Shown one piece after another: positions 42,786 through 57,389 of a DNA stretch of 64,000 bases; the first letter of the stretch is position 1; every line of letters begins with the position of its first letter. Origin of the DNA: Eledone cirrhosa (lineage: Eukaryota); NCBI GenBank assembly GCA_964016885.1, contig OZ024742.1, positions 195,672,001-195,736,000 on the forward strand, read 5' to 3'. The position numbers and the translations under genes are program-made. The notes beneath the pieces were generated by a model, which was not told the origin of the DNA, did not search any database, and was given only the letters and a program-made list of their open reading frames with translations.

Positions 42786-42900
42786 GTGTGTGTATATATA
42801 TGTGTGTGCGTGTATGTATATATATGTATGTGTATGTATGTATGTGTGTGTGTGTGTTTGTATGTGTATATATTTGTTTATGTGTGTGTATATATATATA

Positions 42901-42971
<71 letters not shown>

Positions 42972-43107
42972 ATGTGTATGTATGTATATATGTATGTGGT
43001 TATATATATGAATGTATATATATATATGTATTTGTGTATATATATATGTGTGTGTGTGTTTGTGTGTATGTGTGTGTATATGTATATATATATGTGTGTG
43101 TATGGGT

Positions 43108-43172
<65 letters not shown>

Positions 43173-43591
43173 TATATATGTATGTGTGTGTGTGTGTGCG
43201 CATGTGTGTGTGTGTATGTATATATGTATATATATATATATATATGTATATGTGTATATGTATATGTATATATATATGTATGCGTATGTGTGTGTATATA
43301 TGTATGTGTATGTATGTATGTGTGTGTGTATGTGTGTATATATATATATATGTATGTATATGTATATATATATATATATTTATATATATATTTATATATA
43401 TATATGTGTGTGTATATATATATATGTATGTATATATATATATGTATCTGTGTTGTGTATGTATATATGTCTATGTGTATTTGTGTGTATATACATGTAT
43501 ATTCGTATTTGTATGTATGCGTGTGAGTGTATTTATTTGTGTATATATATATGTGCGTGTGTGTGTATGTATGTGTATGTGTGTGTGTGTA

Positions 43592-43634
<43 letters not shown>

Positions 43635-44418
43635 ATATATGTGTATATATTTTTATATATATATATATGTATATATATATATGTATGTATGTATATATAT
43701 ATATATATATATATATGTATTATATATGTATGTGTGTATGTATGTCTGTATGTACGTGTGTGTACATGAATATATATTTATATATTTTTATATATATGTG
43801 TGTGTGTTTTTATGTGTGTATATGTGTTTGTGTGTGTGTTTATGGTTGCGCGTAAGTGTGTGAGTGAGTATGTGTTTTTTTGTTTTTTTGTGAATGTGTC
43901 TGTTGATTTTTGGCATATAGTTGATTAGTTTAAGAGAAGTTCGAAGATAATAGTAAGATATGCACTCAGTATTTTGAATCTGTCTGCAGAATTCTCTAGA
44001 CCTTTGTCACTTAGTAGAACCTTAATGACTTTAGCTTTTAAAGAATCTCCCTTTTCTTTAATTCTATCGACTATGACTGACCCCCCACTGATTTTATAGA
44101 CATCTGTTAGCTTAAGAGAAACTTATTGACAAGGAATGGTAGGCCATCCGGAACCTGTTTATAGAATTCTGTCTGCCCTTGTTACTCTAAAAACATAAAT
44201 AAATAAAAATAAAAATAAACTATAGCTTTGTAGAATTAGCTTTTAATGAATTCCCTTTTCTATCAACCAATGACCTGCACCCATCCCACTCCCCACCCTC
44301 TCCTACCACTTGTAGAGACCTATAAATACCATATTTATTTTTTGATACCCAGATTCCTGATGATTTCAAATGAATGAAACAGTTCTAGTCCTGTAGAATC
44401 TCATCTATATTAAAACTA
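41790..44418 (+). mobile_element. Distal part of the element A right arm (compound microsatellite plus unique terminal segment 43860-44418)
   Basis: Reverse complement of 27453-30410. Confidence 0.9.
44351..44401 (+). ncRNA. Type I hammerhead ribozyme motif (element A terminus)
   Basis: agattc-CTGATGA-t ttca aa tgaa t-GAA-ACAG ttctagtc CTGT-A-gaatct: 6-bp stem I, 4-bp stem III, GUA triplet. Confidence 0.72.
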
Positions 44419-45030
<612 letters not shown>

Positions 45031-45204
45031 ATATGTGACTCAGGCAGCGCCAGTTAATATTTGATATTGTTCACTTTTGTTGACATTACTTACAATATCG
45101 TGTGATAATCTCTTAAGAAAACATGAGAGAAATAGATAACAAATCACTCAGGAACTGAAGTAATACACTTTCAAAACAAACAATTACTATAATAACAATA
45201 ATAA

Positions 45205-45422
45205 TGATTTCGGATTTAGGGACAAGGCCAACAATTTTAGGGGTGGGGAATGTCGATGAGATCTACCCAGTATGTTACTGGTACTTTATTTTATCGACCC
45301 TGTAAGAATGAAAGGCAAAGCTAACCTCGGTGGAATTTGAACCCAGAACGTAAAGGGCCGTAACTCTATGTCACGAAGCATGGTGTCAGACGATCTACCG
45401 ATTCTGCCAATCGACTGCCCCT
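45205..45422 (-). mobile_element. SINE family 1 copy
   Basis: Conserved body motif, reversed. Confidence 0.8.
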
Positions 45423-45579
45423 TAATAATAACAATAACAACAACAACAACAGTAACAGGCATAACAACAATACGTGGATTAGAAAATGCGCGTAGGCAAC
45501 CTTGAAGAGAGGCAAACTATTGAAAAACAATAATACCACGCTAGATAAAGACACTGAGATAAGGGAATTGAAACAAACA

Positions 45580-48105
45580 GGCATACAAATACTTAGAAAT
45601 CAATTAACTAGCCTGTTTTCAACACACAAAGATGAAAGGAAAGCTTAGAAAGGACCTCTATAAATGGTTTAGATTACTACTTCAGACAAAACTAAACACA
45701 AAGAATAAGGTAATGAGCCTCAATACTATATCGAACTCAGTAATAAACTACAGTTTCAGTATTTTGATCTAGAAACTAAAAGACCTTCTTGGAATAGACG
45801 GAAAAAGAAAAAAAATAATAGTTGCCTTTGAATATACGTAGAAAGATTATACCTACCAAGAATACAACTAGAAAACGAATATAAAATAACGACTGTAGGA
45901 CTACAAATATATCAATGAAATATAATGGAAAGTTCATACAAATAGCCATGGAACATTAAAAAAAAACTTCAAGGAAGCCCCCAAAAAAATCAAAGCAACA
46001 GCTGAGTTGACAGATAATTGTGCAGAAAATGAGATCACAAAAGAAACAAGGACAGAAACTGCAAAAATAAAAATCCAGATTGAAACCAGATTTCCAGAAC
46101 GCTATGCTAAAACGAAGGCAAGCAAATCCTTAACATGGCCAATACTCGACAAAATGAATAAGGCTAAGAAACAATGGACTAAAATCCGAAACTGAAGGAT
46201 TCCTAATTGTCCCCAAGATCAAAGCACCATCATCACGAACCACCAAAAGTACTTAATGAAGCAAATCATAGTAAATAACTACAGAATATGTTGAAATCTC
46301 AAATAGTGTTTTTCGGGGTGAATCTCTGTCAGTACTTTTATTTTATTTAGCGCTGATACCTCTATTCAGATTACTCACTGAAACAATATGGCTAAAACAT
46401 TTATCAACTTTTCTTACATGAATAATTTAAAGCTCTTCACAAAATATGACCAGCAACTACAAAACTTAGTCTCAGTTGAAAAACAGTTTAGTGACGACAT
46501 TGGGGTAGAATTTCACTTTGATAAATACGAGAAAGCTACCTTCATCAGAAGGAAACTGTCAAAAATATCCAACGTTGAACTTGATCAACAAACTGCAATA
46601 AACGAGTTAGAACGAGAGAAGAGTTACAAATATTTGGTTGTATATGAAGGTCATTGAATTAAACACCTCACCTTAGCTTAATCCCTTACCTGAAAAACTC
46701 AGATAACTGGATGCTAATACTTAAAGCACAAAAATGGCAAAAGAGGCAAGATAATATTGTAATGAATTCCAAATACAAGAAATCACTGAATTAGGTGAAC
46801 TAAGGACAAGCAGAGAAAACACTTACTAAAATTGCAGCTTTAAATAATCTTACTGACAAATGGCAAGAAAACCCATTTTATCCATCAGTGGTTAGTGTCC
46901 TCCAGCTTGAAATCAGAAACAGAAGGGTTTATCATAGTAGCCCCGGATCAATGCTTACCTACAGGAAGCTAATAGACGAACATCTTAAAGAACGGCAGTA
47001 TTCCAACTTGTCGGGTATGTAAATAATAACCTGAGACCATCGACCTCATTATTTCTATGTGTAACATTCTTACGCCCCCAGAGTATCTCCGCGGTCTTGA
47101 TAGAACTGCACATTATATCCACTAGTTAATTTGCAAGGACTTGGTGCTGCCCCATCTTAAACATTTGTGGAACACAAACCACCCCCAGTGCTTGAAAGAG
47201 ATCATATCTCATTCCTATGGAATTTTTTTTTCTTTTTTTTTTCAAACTGACGGAAAGATAGATACCAAAAAGCCAGACATTAGCGGTGGATTGGCAGTAT
47301 CGGTAGAGGGTCGGACGCCATGCTTTCCAGCATAGTTACGTCCCTTTACGATCTGAGTTCAAATCCCGCCGAGGTTGACTTTGCCTTTCATCCTTACGGG
47401 GTCGATAAAATAAAGTACCAGTAATGCACTGGGTAATTGCTGGCCTTGTGCCTAAAGTAGAAACAATTATATTACTCTTACCCTTTTACCTGTTCTAGCC
47501 ATGCGGCTGAGGCCATGCTGGGGCACATATTGAAGGATTTCAGTCATAAATCAGACCTCCTCGTTGACATGACTATCTCAGTTGATATAAATGTATCTGT
47601 CAACACCTACCAAACCTTGAAAAAGTAGAATGATCTTGAATTAGAAATTAGCAAAATGTGGAAACTCAAGACTAGAACCTGTGGTTGTATGTGCCTTAGG
47701 AATAATGATAACAGGGGCTGATTATTACATCAAATCTAGGAAATCCAAACATGGAAAAAATTCAGAAAATAGTTCTCATGGGGACTGCTCATATCCTACA
47801 AAAAATACTGTTTATGTAACACCAAAACATTTTTCTTTTTGAATGTCATAGTGTGATTTTAGTACCATACAACTACTTTTAAACGAACTTTTCATTTTAT
47901 GTTTTGACAATCATTTTCTAGAACAACATTCTTTCCCACAAACATGGCACTTATCACCCCCACCCCCTAGTTATAATGCCCACTTGAACATATAAGATGC
48001 TATCTCTTGATGCCTCGGGGTGAGACTTGGCGTCACCTCGTACGAACACAAAGGAATTTCCTAACACAACAACAACAACAACAACAACTATAATAATAAT
48101 AATAA
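45580..48105 (+). mobile_element. Highly decayed R4/Dong-like LINE fragments, with a SINE family 1 insertion at 47283-47470
   Basis: Remnant motifs YMNNLKLF..FSDDIG, YKYL, LKSETEGFI..PDQ, CRVC..ETID, KPDI and EISKMWKL; (AAC)n/(AAT)n tail. Confidence 0.65.
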
Positions 48106-49051
48106 TTTCTTTATTGACCACACGATTTTATAAAAAAAAGTTCGTGGATGATACAAGATGATACAGTGAGAATTTATATAAGAAAATGTTTCAAAACGAA
48201 GAATAACAAAACAATAACAAAAGTGGTAACAATAAAATTCGAAATAAAGAAAAATACCCAACAGTGGGGAAACTTCCGAGGGCTACATGTGGATAAAAAA
48301 AACACACAGTCACAGTCACTCTGTCAACTAACCCAAGCACCTTCTCCCAGCTTTCCTCCCCTAATATACAGGTGTTTACTCAAGCATGACTGTTAACACG
48401 GAATATACTCTCCACTCGCATCTACATTTCAACAAACTTGCTGGAAAGTAGTATTTCCATCAGCACTCTTAATTTCCTTTTCAAAGGAAACTTGAAAAAG
48501 TTGATGAAGGCTTGGCCAATGAGTTAGGTCTGCAGCCCTAGTGGGTCCTAGATAGCCAATACTCTGAAGACAAAGCCTTCGCTGTTGATCACAACTTGAA
48601 CCACTAACTTACATTCTGGTTCCAGGCAGATGGCCCGTATCTCAAAATCCAGATCTTTCAAAACAACACTGTGACCCCACCTCCTGATACCAGTTAACTT
48701 GGTGGTGGATATATCTTGTAGTCGCTGGAGATGATTGCGAAGATTTGTTTCCCAAAAATTTTGATCTCACTAATGGCCATTACATCTATATCTTGTGGTC
48801 TGAGGTCGTTGAAATTGTAGCCTTACTTCCAAGGTGACCCTAGGCCACATACATTTACACGGTCTTTTCTGAGTAAGGTCATGTTGGATGAAGACGAGGT
48901 AAGTACTGAAAAAGTCACTAAATCCAATCAATATGATGACCCAACGGCCGCTTTCTAATCTTTGAAACGATTAGATTATTAAAGCAGAATTAAAAAGAAT
49001 ACTAGAATATGTGAATAAACAGTTAAAAAAAAAAGAGTTTTTAAAATCCCT

Positions 49052-49539
49052 TCACGTTTTCTTAACGGATACTTTCGTTCGTAATCGTTTGTCGTTGTAA
49101 AAAACATATCTTAGCATTTCACCTGCAGTTGTATTTAAAGTATCAATTGATTGGAGACTTACAAGCTTTTGTGTAGACCCGTGAGTCCACATATGGACAG
49201 CCAGATTGTTGTCCCATGATACCACATTCTCATAAAGTTTATGAGTTTCAAACCAGCCCGGTTTATAAATATGTTCTCTGTCTACATTAATATGCTTGGG
49301 AAATATTTTAGATAGAAAGTATGGGATGAACATAGAGTGAAAACCCCATACTTTATAATCAAAAGTCTCGTAGCTTTCATACCAATATTCCATGAACTTA
49401 GAGTGTCTTTTTGCAAAGATTAATCCGTTCCCTATACTTCGCTTTTCAGTGAGTACACCCATCGTAATGGTTGGCTGCAGGAGGTCATCGATAGGTCGTA
49501 GAAATATGACGTCCGGATCCAAGTAAATACCACCAGAAA
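49052..49539 (-). CDS. GT32-like glycosyltransferase paralog 2, coding exon 2 (DxD motif)
   Basis: Acceptor tttctcgtctatatattgaag|TT TCT GGT GGT ATT TAC TTG GAT CCG GAC gives (V)SGGIYLDPDV, then GNGLIFAK and AVHMW. It is phase-compatible with exon 1, giving 370 aa. Confidence 0.9.
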
Positions 49540-49605
49540 CTTCAATATATAGACGAGAAAAGATGGATATAGATAAAGATATAGATATTTATATAAATAT
49601 ATATA

Positions 49606-49680
<75 letters not shown>

Positions 49681-49801
49681 ATGCGAAAAGAAAACTGAAA
49701 AAAGCACCGCAAACTATACAGTACAATGAAGATATATATCAGTTTAACGCTTGGTATAGCATGAAAAAAATCTCAACGTTTCGGGGCTGAGTTCGCTTCA
49801 T

Positions 49802-49838
<37 letters not shown>

Positions 49839-50360
49839 GTTATAAACTCAAATAGTCTTTTACAATTAAATAGCTCAAAAAAGGAATATTTCTGAGCCGT
49901 GTAATACAAATGAATATACGAAAGGGATAAACACTGATACAAGTATATAAGTGTTTGCATTGCAAATGACCATGTTAGCTAGATTGAAAAATACTAATTA
50001 AAATAATACGGTTTGCCTGTCTCGATTTAAAATAATAAATCAATAAAAACAAACCTATATTGGCAATAGCCGTGATACCTGGACAAATTTTAAATTTTAA
50101 ATTTGTTTCGCAACAATTAAGTGAAATTTCCTATTCCTGTGCTCTTCTGCAGGTATCCAGAAATTGGTAAGTTTCACTTCAAAATACTTAAGAAGACTGA
50201 GAGAAATGTGATGAAAGCACATGTGTCGCAGCGCCTAGCACGTCCCATACTCGTGCTGCTAAAAATAGCAGCCGGTTTTATGGGACTAAAAATTAGCTCA
50301 ACGCATGGAACCGAGAATATTATACATAGAGTTATAAACTCAAATAGTCTTTTATATATA

Positions 50361-50585
50361 TATATTGTTATATTTGGGGAGGGTCATATTGCCAGAAAAA
50401 TTATAGTAAAGCACACTCACTTAGCTTTGGGTTTCGCTGTTGGTCAATCAATGGTAAACATTGATTGCCAGCTGAAATATTTATTAAAAGTATTCTAAAG
50501 CGAAAACCAAACCAAACAGTGTATGTGTTTTACTATATTTTCCTGGCAATATTATAACAACATGACTCTCCCCAAATATAAAAAT
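50361..50585. repeat. Diverged fold-back element; single arms also at 26825-26920 and 61195-61290
   Basis: gcgaaaaccaaccaaacagtg...ctggcaat...tgaccctcccca.atataacaa in inverted orientation, next to (TA)n. Confidence 0.6.
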
Positions 50586-51339
50586 ATATTTCAACACATG
50601 ATTTCATATCAAAAACCTTGCAAAACAAATACATTTTCAATCTGTGGGCTACTCCACACGCCACCTCTGTGTCTTCGGGCTGGCACATTGTGCCGGACCC
50701 TCTGTCTCATGCTGGCGAAGAGAACGGCAACTTATTTTCTCTATACAAACCTTTCTTCCCCGTAACCTTAATGCGCCACACTGTGAATTGGTTTGTGGTA
50801 CCAGACTTGAGAAATAATAAGTGCTAAAATCGATATGATTGATTAAATCCCTTGAAACCCTTAAATATTTTATTTGTTACATGCAAATATCAAGTTATAT
50901 TTAGAGAAGTATAAGTTTTTATCTTTATATTCTGAGTTTGGCTTCAGATAAAAAATTTCTACAGTGACTCTGTAGGATTACCATTAATACACCTACAGTA
51001 CTCTCTATATATTACAAACATGGGGGATTGTATTTCTAATATACTCATTATTATTAAGTTACTTAATCTTTATAAACTTACTTAAGTAAAACATTATAAT
51101 AGTCAACATGTTGGTTAGAGAGAGACGCCTATCAAAATCCAGTTACTGTAATTTAAACAATGTGATCAACTCTGAAATTGTGACTTCGAATGATATAATG
51201 TTGAAGTTTATAATGTGTACGTGTAAAGTATCTAACTGTGATATATATGTAAACGTGTATGTATTAATAAGAAACGTCCGCCAATAGATAATATGTTTAG
51301 CACAAGATATGTTAATATTAAACAAAATTAATATCTAAA

Positions 51340-51905
51340 TGATAGCAATGGAAGACAGGATATTGAATTAAGTGGAAGAATTGCAGGAGCTGGTGCAGTT
51401 ATGCACCAGCTCCAGCATTTGGTAATCAGAAGAAGGGAAGTAGGTGTAAAAGCCAAATTCGTTATCTTCAATTCTGTATCCGTGCCAAACCTTACCTCTA
51501 ATCAACAATCTTGGGTAATGACCGGAAAAATACGATCGCGAATACAAGCGACCGAAATGGGGTTCCTCCAAAGGGTCTTTGGAGTAACGTTACTCGATAG
51601 AGCCGCTACTTCTCCATATTGAGAGGTCACCGCTCCGATACTATAGGCATATGGTTAGAACGTCTCACGAAAGAATCGCTGGACAGATTTTACGGGCAAA
51701 ACTAACCGGCAGGAGACCCAGAGGCAAACGCCGAGCAAGATGATTGGATAACATTCATGAGCTTGGCTGGTCTTCCTTGGGGATCCTGTCGGATTAGTTG
51801 GAGACGCTTGCTTCTGACAGGACCCGCTGGAAGGAGTGTCTGAGAACTCTGCCTCCACGACCCTTCCGGGAAGAAGAAGAAGAAGAAGAAAAAGAAGAAG
51901 AAGAG
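51340..51905 (+). mobile_element. RTE-clade LINE 3' fragment in the GT intron
   Basis: SWVMTGKIRSRIQATEMGFLQRVFGVT and GRRPRG motifs; (GAA)n tail. Confidence 0.7.
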
Positions 51906-52100
51906 GTAGTTATAAATATGAAGAACCTACTAATAAAAGAACTAGAAGAGGAAAAAATACCTAATATAATCCTATATACACAATTCAAGTAGTGTCTAAT
52001 AAACCAAAGTTATTTTTTGATATTGTCCAAAAAAATTCAAAACATACGTAACGTTACACAATAAAATATAGAGAACAAAATAGAACGAAGATATACGTAC

Positions 52101-52725
52101 CCATGAGAATCTGCAGTCGCACGATGTCTGAAACATGTTCTATATCTTGAATAAACCGATCAAAAATAGTTAATATTTTTTTCCTGTACACAATTCTAAC
52201 ATCTTTGATATCCTCCAGTACTTTTTCCCACCAAATCCCTATAGGGGTTTGGTCACCAACTATGTAGATATTAACATTGGGTATCACTCGTCGTATGCTC
52301 AATACGCTCATATAGTTCAAAAGTGAAAATGTGTATTTACCGTAAACTACGTAAAAAACATTTCGAGGGACAAGATTTCGTTTCGTTTCGATCAGTGATT
52401 GTATACATTCATTGCTGTTAGCTTTCAAGCCACGCTTAGAAGCCATCTGTGTTTGGTACATCCAGCAAAGTAAATCAATTCGTTCCAATGGTCCATTGAA
52501 TCCAAAGAGAGAGAAGGTTTTATCGCTTGTTTCTATCATTTCCAACAATCTCTCTATTGTGGAATTCCTGTAACATGTCTCCTTTCTGTCGATTACTGAT
52601 CTGTCGTTGTAAACGCTACATCTTCTCTCATTGTTGTTATCTGTAATATAAATGACAAGCAATGTAATCCCTATTAAACAAAATGTTATAGAGGGTAAAA
52701 GGAGATGTTTCAATGTTGTTCTCAT
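52101..52725 (-). CDS. GT32-like glycosyltransferase paralog 2, coding exon 1
   Basis: TM anchor and HVSDIVRLQIL motif; donor ATG G|gtacgt; 625 nt. Confidence 0.9.
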
Positions 52726-53415
52726 TCTGATCCTTTACACATCCATTTCAGGTGCAATACTATCTGCTGGTGAAATCTGTTTATATAGGTTTATATATGA
52801 ATATCCGTGTATTTGTGTATGTGAATATAGACTAGGGTGTGTGTGAGTATGTGTGTGAGTGAAAGGAAGATTGTGTGCGTTGTATAATTGATTTTCATTG
52901 AGATAAGCAAAGAAAGTGAATCTAACGCGAGGGAGGTGAGAGTTTAGATGAGTGGAGGTGGAGAGAATTGGGGTGATGGTGGTGGTGGTGGTTAAGGTGG
53001 GAGGGTGCTGGTGGTCGTCGGCGTGTGTGAGAATCTCCAAGAGAAATTTTGCAAGGCGGTACAAGAGCCCTTTGGGACCCGAAGCAGGCAAAGATTTTTC
53101 TCAAAATGGATGTTGCATGGTTACGGTAGGGCCTTCTTAGCTCTTGGACCCTGGAACAAAGTACCGGCTGGAACCCGCTCTCATAGGCCATGGCTGTAGT
53201 GGGGAGGTGGTACATTTCTCTACTCTGCAGAGCTTCCATAACTCTGGAGGTAATACCGTTTCCACAACCCTAGTCCTGGCTCGTGACTGTGGTGAGTGTA
53301 GGGTGGCGGTGCACAACTTTATCTTTCAGCCCTTTTCCTCATACGACTCAGTAGGGTGAAGGGAAATGTAAAGTGATGTGTAGTGTGAATTCAAAACGAT
53401 ATAGAGCAGGTGGAC

Positions 53416-54040
53416 ATAGAGGCTGGATTCTTATAGAATTCCAGTAATAATCAGCAACTGATTATACAGACCGGAAACCGCTCTGTATAATCAGTTCCTG
53501 ATTATTACTGGAATTCTATAAGAATCCAGCCTCTATAATTTTCGGCAAAGGCGGGAGTTCGATGCTCTGAGGATCAGAAACAGACTGTCAGCTTCTCTCC
53601 CTTCTTTTGCCGAAAAAAGAAGTAAGTGACATAGTCAGTACTTTAAAAATGATAGCGCAAGGTCTTCAAAATGTTTTTAATTAAACATACGGTATATTGC
53701 CAAATACACTATACATATATTCATGTATACATCGCTATTTCAGAGCACCAATCCTAATTTTCTTTTTTCTGGACCTGCAATCGCTCTGTATAATCAGTTC
53801 CTGATTATTACTAGAATTCTATAAGAATCCAGCCTCTATAATTTTCGGCAATGGGGAGTACGATGCTCTGAGAATCGCCAACTACGTGAAACAGAATCTG
53901 TCAGCTTCTCTCCCTTCTTTTGCCGAAAAAAGAAGTAAGTGACATAGTCACTACTTTAAAATTGATAGCGCAAGGTCTTCAAAACGTTTTTAATTAAACA
54001 TAGGGTATATTGCCAAATATATTATGCATACATTCATATA
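53416..54040. repeat. Palindrome (53416-53535) overlapping an about 300-bp-period direct duplication (53479-53725 / 53782-54037)
   Basis: Directly visible. Confidence 0.85.
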
Positions 54041-54088
54041 GGAAAGGTAAAGGAAAAGAGAGTGCTCTATGTAGGCTACGGAGCTTTT

Positions 54089-54326
54089 TAGTTATGTAAT
54101 AAACAACATAAGATAATTATTTCATTTACCAGTGGTTTCTTGAGTACAGATATTTATATCTGTCTTCAGTCCTCAGAAAGAATAGTAAGGAAAGTTTATT
54201 AAATATCTATATTTAATAAACTTTCCTTATTATTCTTTCTGATGACTGAAGACAGATATAAATATCTGTACTCAAGAAACCACTGGTAAATGAAATAATT
54301 ATGTTATATTGTTTATTACATAACTA
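54089..54326. repeat. Near-perfect 238-bp palindrome containing a hammerhead-like motif (54229-54299)
   Basis: About 118-bp arms. CTGATGA, long stem II (acagatat aa atatctgt), then GAA-ACC act GGT-A. Confidence 0.75.
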
Positions 54327-54342
54327 TATATATATATATATA

Positions 54343-56944
54343 GTAATGATAATAAATTTAAAGACTAAAATCCAAAGAGGGCTCGATAAGGATAAATATA
54401 TATCAAATATATAAGAACAGTAGAGCAAATATTTATTAAAATAACAGATTAAAGTTTAAGCAAAGAATCGCTGCTTTCACCCTTAACGGGATCTTCTGAA
54501 ACTAACAAAGTTAATCTGTGAACGCAGAAGTGAATATTTCAAAAAACGCTGCAACCGGAAGAAGACAGGAAGATGATACTTTGGTTCGTGGAAACGTTCC
54601 CTGGCAAAGAACGGGGGAAAACGAATATAATACGTCATTATTTGGAGCGGTGAAAAACAATTACACGCAAAGACAAAACCACGTTTATGGTATAAAAGAA
54701 GTCGTAGACTAATATTGTATTAGGTGGTTCATAGAGACGTTCTCTGGCAATGAACGAAAAAAACGAAGATAATACGTCATATGTGGAACGGGGAGAACAA
54801 TTGCACGCAAAGACAAAACTACGTAAATGGTAAAACTGAAGTCGTAGACTAAAGTTCTAACTAGGAAACCGAATGATTTCCAGCTTCAGAGTTAAGAATA
54901 AAGTAAATAAAATACAGAGGTAAATGAAATTAAATAAATACATACACACGCATCCATATACGTACATACACAAGCATACGCGAAAACACTCGCCATAGGT
55001 ATACAAAAACACGCACGTACAAAAAAAAACCGCACGCACATACAGAACCCACGCAACGCCTGTACCCGCACACATACGAATGTATACACCGAATACACAT
55101 AAAATATATATAAAAAAATATATATATATGTGTGTGTGTGCGTGTATACATATAATCAAATAAACGTATATAAATAAATAAATACGTATATAACAAGCGC
55201 ACACACAAACCTACATGTAAATACACTTATGTTCGGAGACGTACGTCAACCAAAAACACGAAGTACACATATACACACACCCTACATACGTACGAACCCG
55301 CATATTCACACAGACGCAAAACTCACGTATACACATAACCAAAAGCATATGTACCACAAAAAATAATATATACGCCATAACATATACAATCAAATATACG
55401 TACGAGAAAGTATACGTACCTTCACAAAACATACAGGTAATATATACTTACCTATACAAATAAGTAATGGTATAAACATAACATATACTTAGCTACCACA
55501 TCAAGACGTAAAATATCCGCGTAAAGTTCGTACTATCCGTTAGGGTATAATGTGGGGCTATAATACAGGAAAGTTTTGTGCAATTTATGTTTACAAGCCG
55601 AAATTGCCTCAGATTTTTTGTGTAAGATGTGGTCTTTGGCGTAGAGTATTTCCAGGGCCTCAGCGGCGCAGAGGTCACATGGTCTTTTATTTCCGTTATA
55701 CGATCTAGCCCTAGCTAGGATCTCCCAGTGTAATTTATATTGGGTCTGGTTGTCTTTTAGACTACAGATATAAGCTGAAAGTGACGTCATATTCCTTCTT
55801 AAAGGGTAACGAAAAGAATGGGTATGCATGTAAAGACGCTGTTTGAATCTATTGGCGGTTAACCCTATGTAGGCCCTACGGGACGTGGGTGTTTCAACCT
55901 TACATTTGTAGACAATGTTACTAGAGTGGCATTTCCCGGATAGGGGGCAGTCAACCCGATTCCTACAATTACAGTTAGTACTAACTACAGGGTTGCACGT
56001 GTTCCTACGGCTAGGTAGTTTAGCTAAATTTGAAGCTGTGATGTTATGTGCAAGGTTAGGACTCGTAGAGTAAGAAATTTTAATAGTATTTCTATTAAAA
56101 ATGTTACTATATTTATGTGTAGGGGGAAAATGCTTCATAATAAGGGAGAAAAAGATCTTAGCTAATGTTGTGGCCACCTCCATATTATATGGTGGGTTAT
56201 ACCATATAATGCGTCGGGATCTATTTCTTCTAGGTCTATTCTCGTACTCTGTATATGCGACATTATCGACAAATCCACTTCGAGCAAGAGCTTCATTGTA
56301 ATATGTGGAATGGTCGTTGAAAATATGCTCGTTAGTAGATAGACGGGAAAGCCTCAAAGAAACTTTACTTACCAGGTTCTTGGTTATGCTGGCAGGATTG
56401 TTAGAATGCTTGTGTATGTACGTATATGGATGCGTGTGTATGTATTTATTTATTTTCATTTACTTCTGTATTTTATTTACTTTATTCTTAACTCTGAAGC
56501 TGGGAATCATTCGTCTTCCTAGCTAGAACTTTAGTCTACGACTTCAGTTTTACTATTTACGTGGTTTTGTCTTTGCGTGCAATTGTTCTCCCCGCTCCAC
56601 ATATGACGTATTATCTTTGTTTTTTTCGTTCATTGCCAGAGAACGTCTCTATGAACCACCTAATACAATATTAGTCTACGACTTCTTTTATACCATAAAC
56701 GTGGTTTTGTCTTTGCGTGTAATTGTTTTTCACCGCTCCAAATAATGACGTATTATATTCGTTTTTTCCCGTTCTTTGCCAGGGAACGTTTCCACGAACC
56801 GAAGTATCGTCCTCCTGTCTTCCTCCGGTTGCAGCGTTTTTTTGAAATATTCACTTCTGCGTTCACAGATTGACTTTGTTAGTTTCAGAAGATCCCGTTA
56901 AGTGTGAAAGCACCGATTCTTTGCTTAAACTTTAATCTGTTATT

Positions 56945-56947
<3 letters not shown>
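54343..56947 (-). mobile_element. PLE element C: 5'-truncated ORF (55533-56410), TG-rich 3' region, terminal repeat, and inverted arm 56410-56947 (copy of about 54435-54972)
   Basis: Motifs WYNPPY, CNCRNRVDCPLSGKC, VYKC..YIG, CDLC and CKH; flanked by (TA)n. Confidence 0.9.
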
Positions 56948-57002
<55 letters not shown>

Positions 57003-57059
57003 GAATTTTATTTCTCGCCCCCTAGCACAGCTGACACATAAATGTAAGTATGCACACGT

Positions 57060-57092
<33 letters not shown>

Positions 57093-57100
57093 ATATATAT

Positions 57101-57323
57101 ATATAATATCGTCTTTTTTAATGTTTCATGGATTACGTTACTGATTAAATAAGACAGTGTAACGCAGTCTTCGTTCAATTATTTTATACGATTTTATTTC
57201 ATGTATCATATCTACATGTATATATACCTGCGTATAATATACACACTACACATGCTAGCAGAAAACCACCTGAAGGGTGGTTGTTCTGCTAGTTATTAAT
57301 AATGTTTGATGTAACCCCTACGT

Positions 57324-57389
<66 letters not shown>

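Noticed and set aside
44020-44075. SECIS-like ATGAC..AAA..CGAC in the element A 3' region
   Set aside because: Helix II pairing is poor by eye, so it cannot be supported without a SECIS search.
53000-53370. Possible Poseidon-type PLE RT remnant (LYRLAKFLLEIL)
   Set aside because: Too short and degenerate to call.
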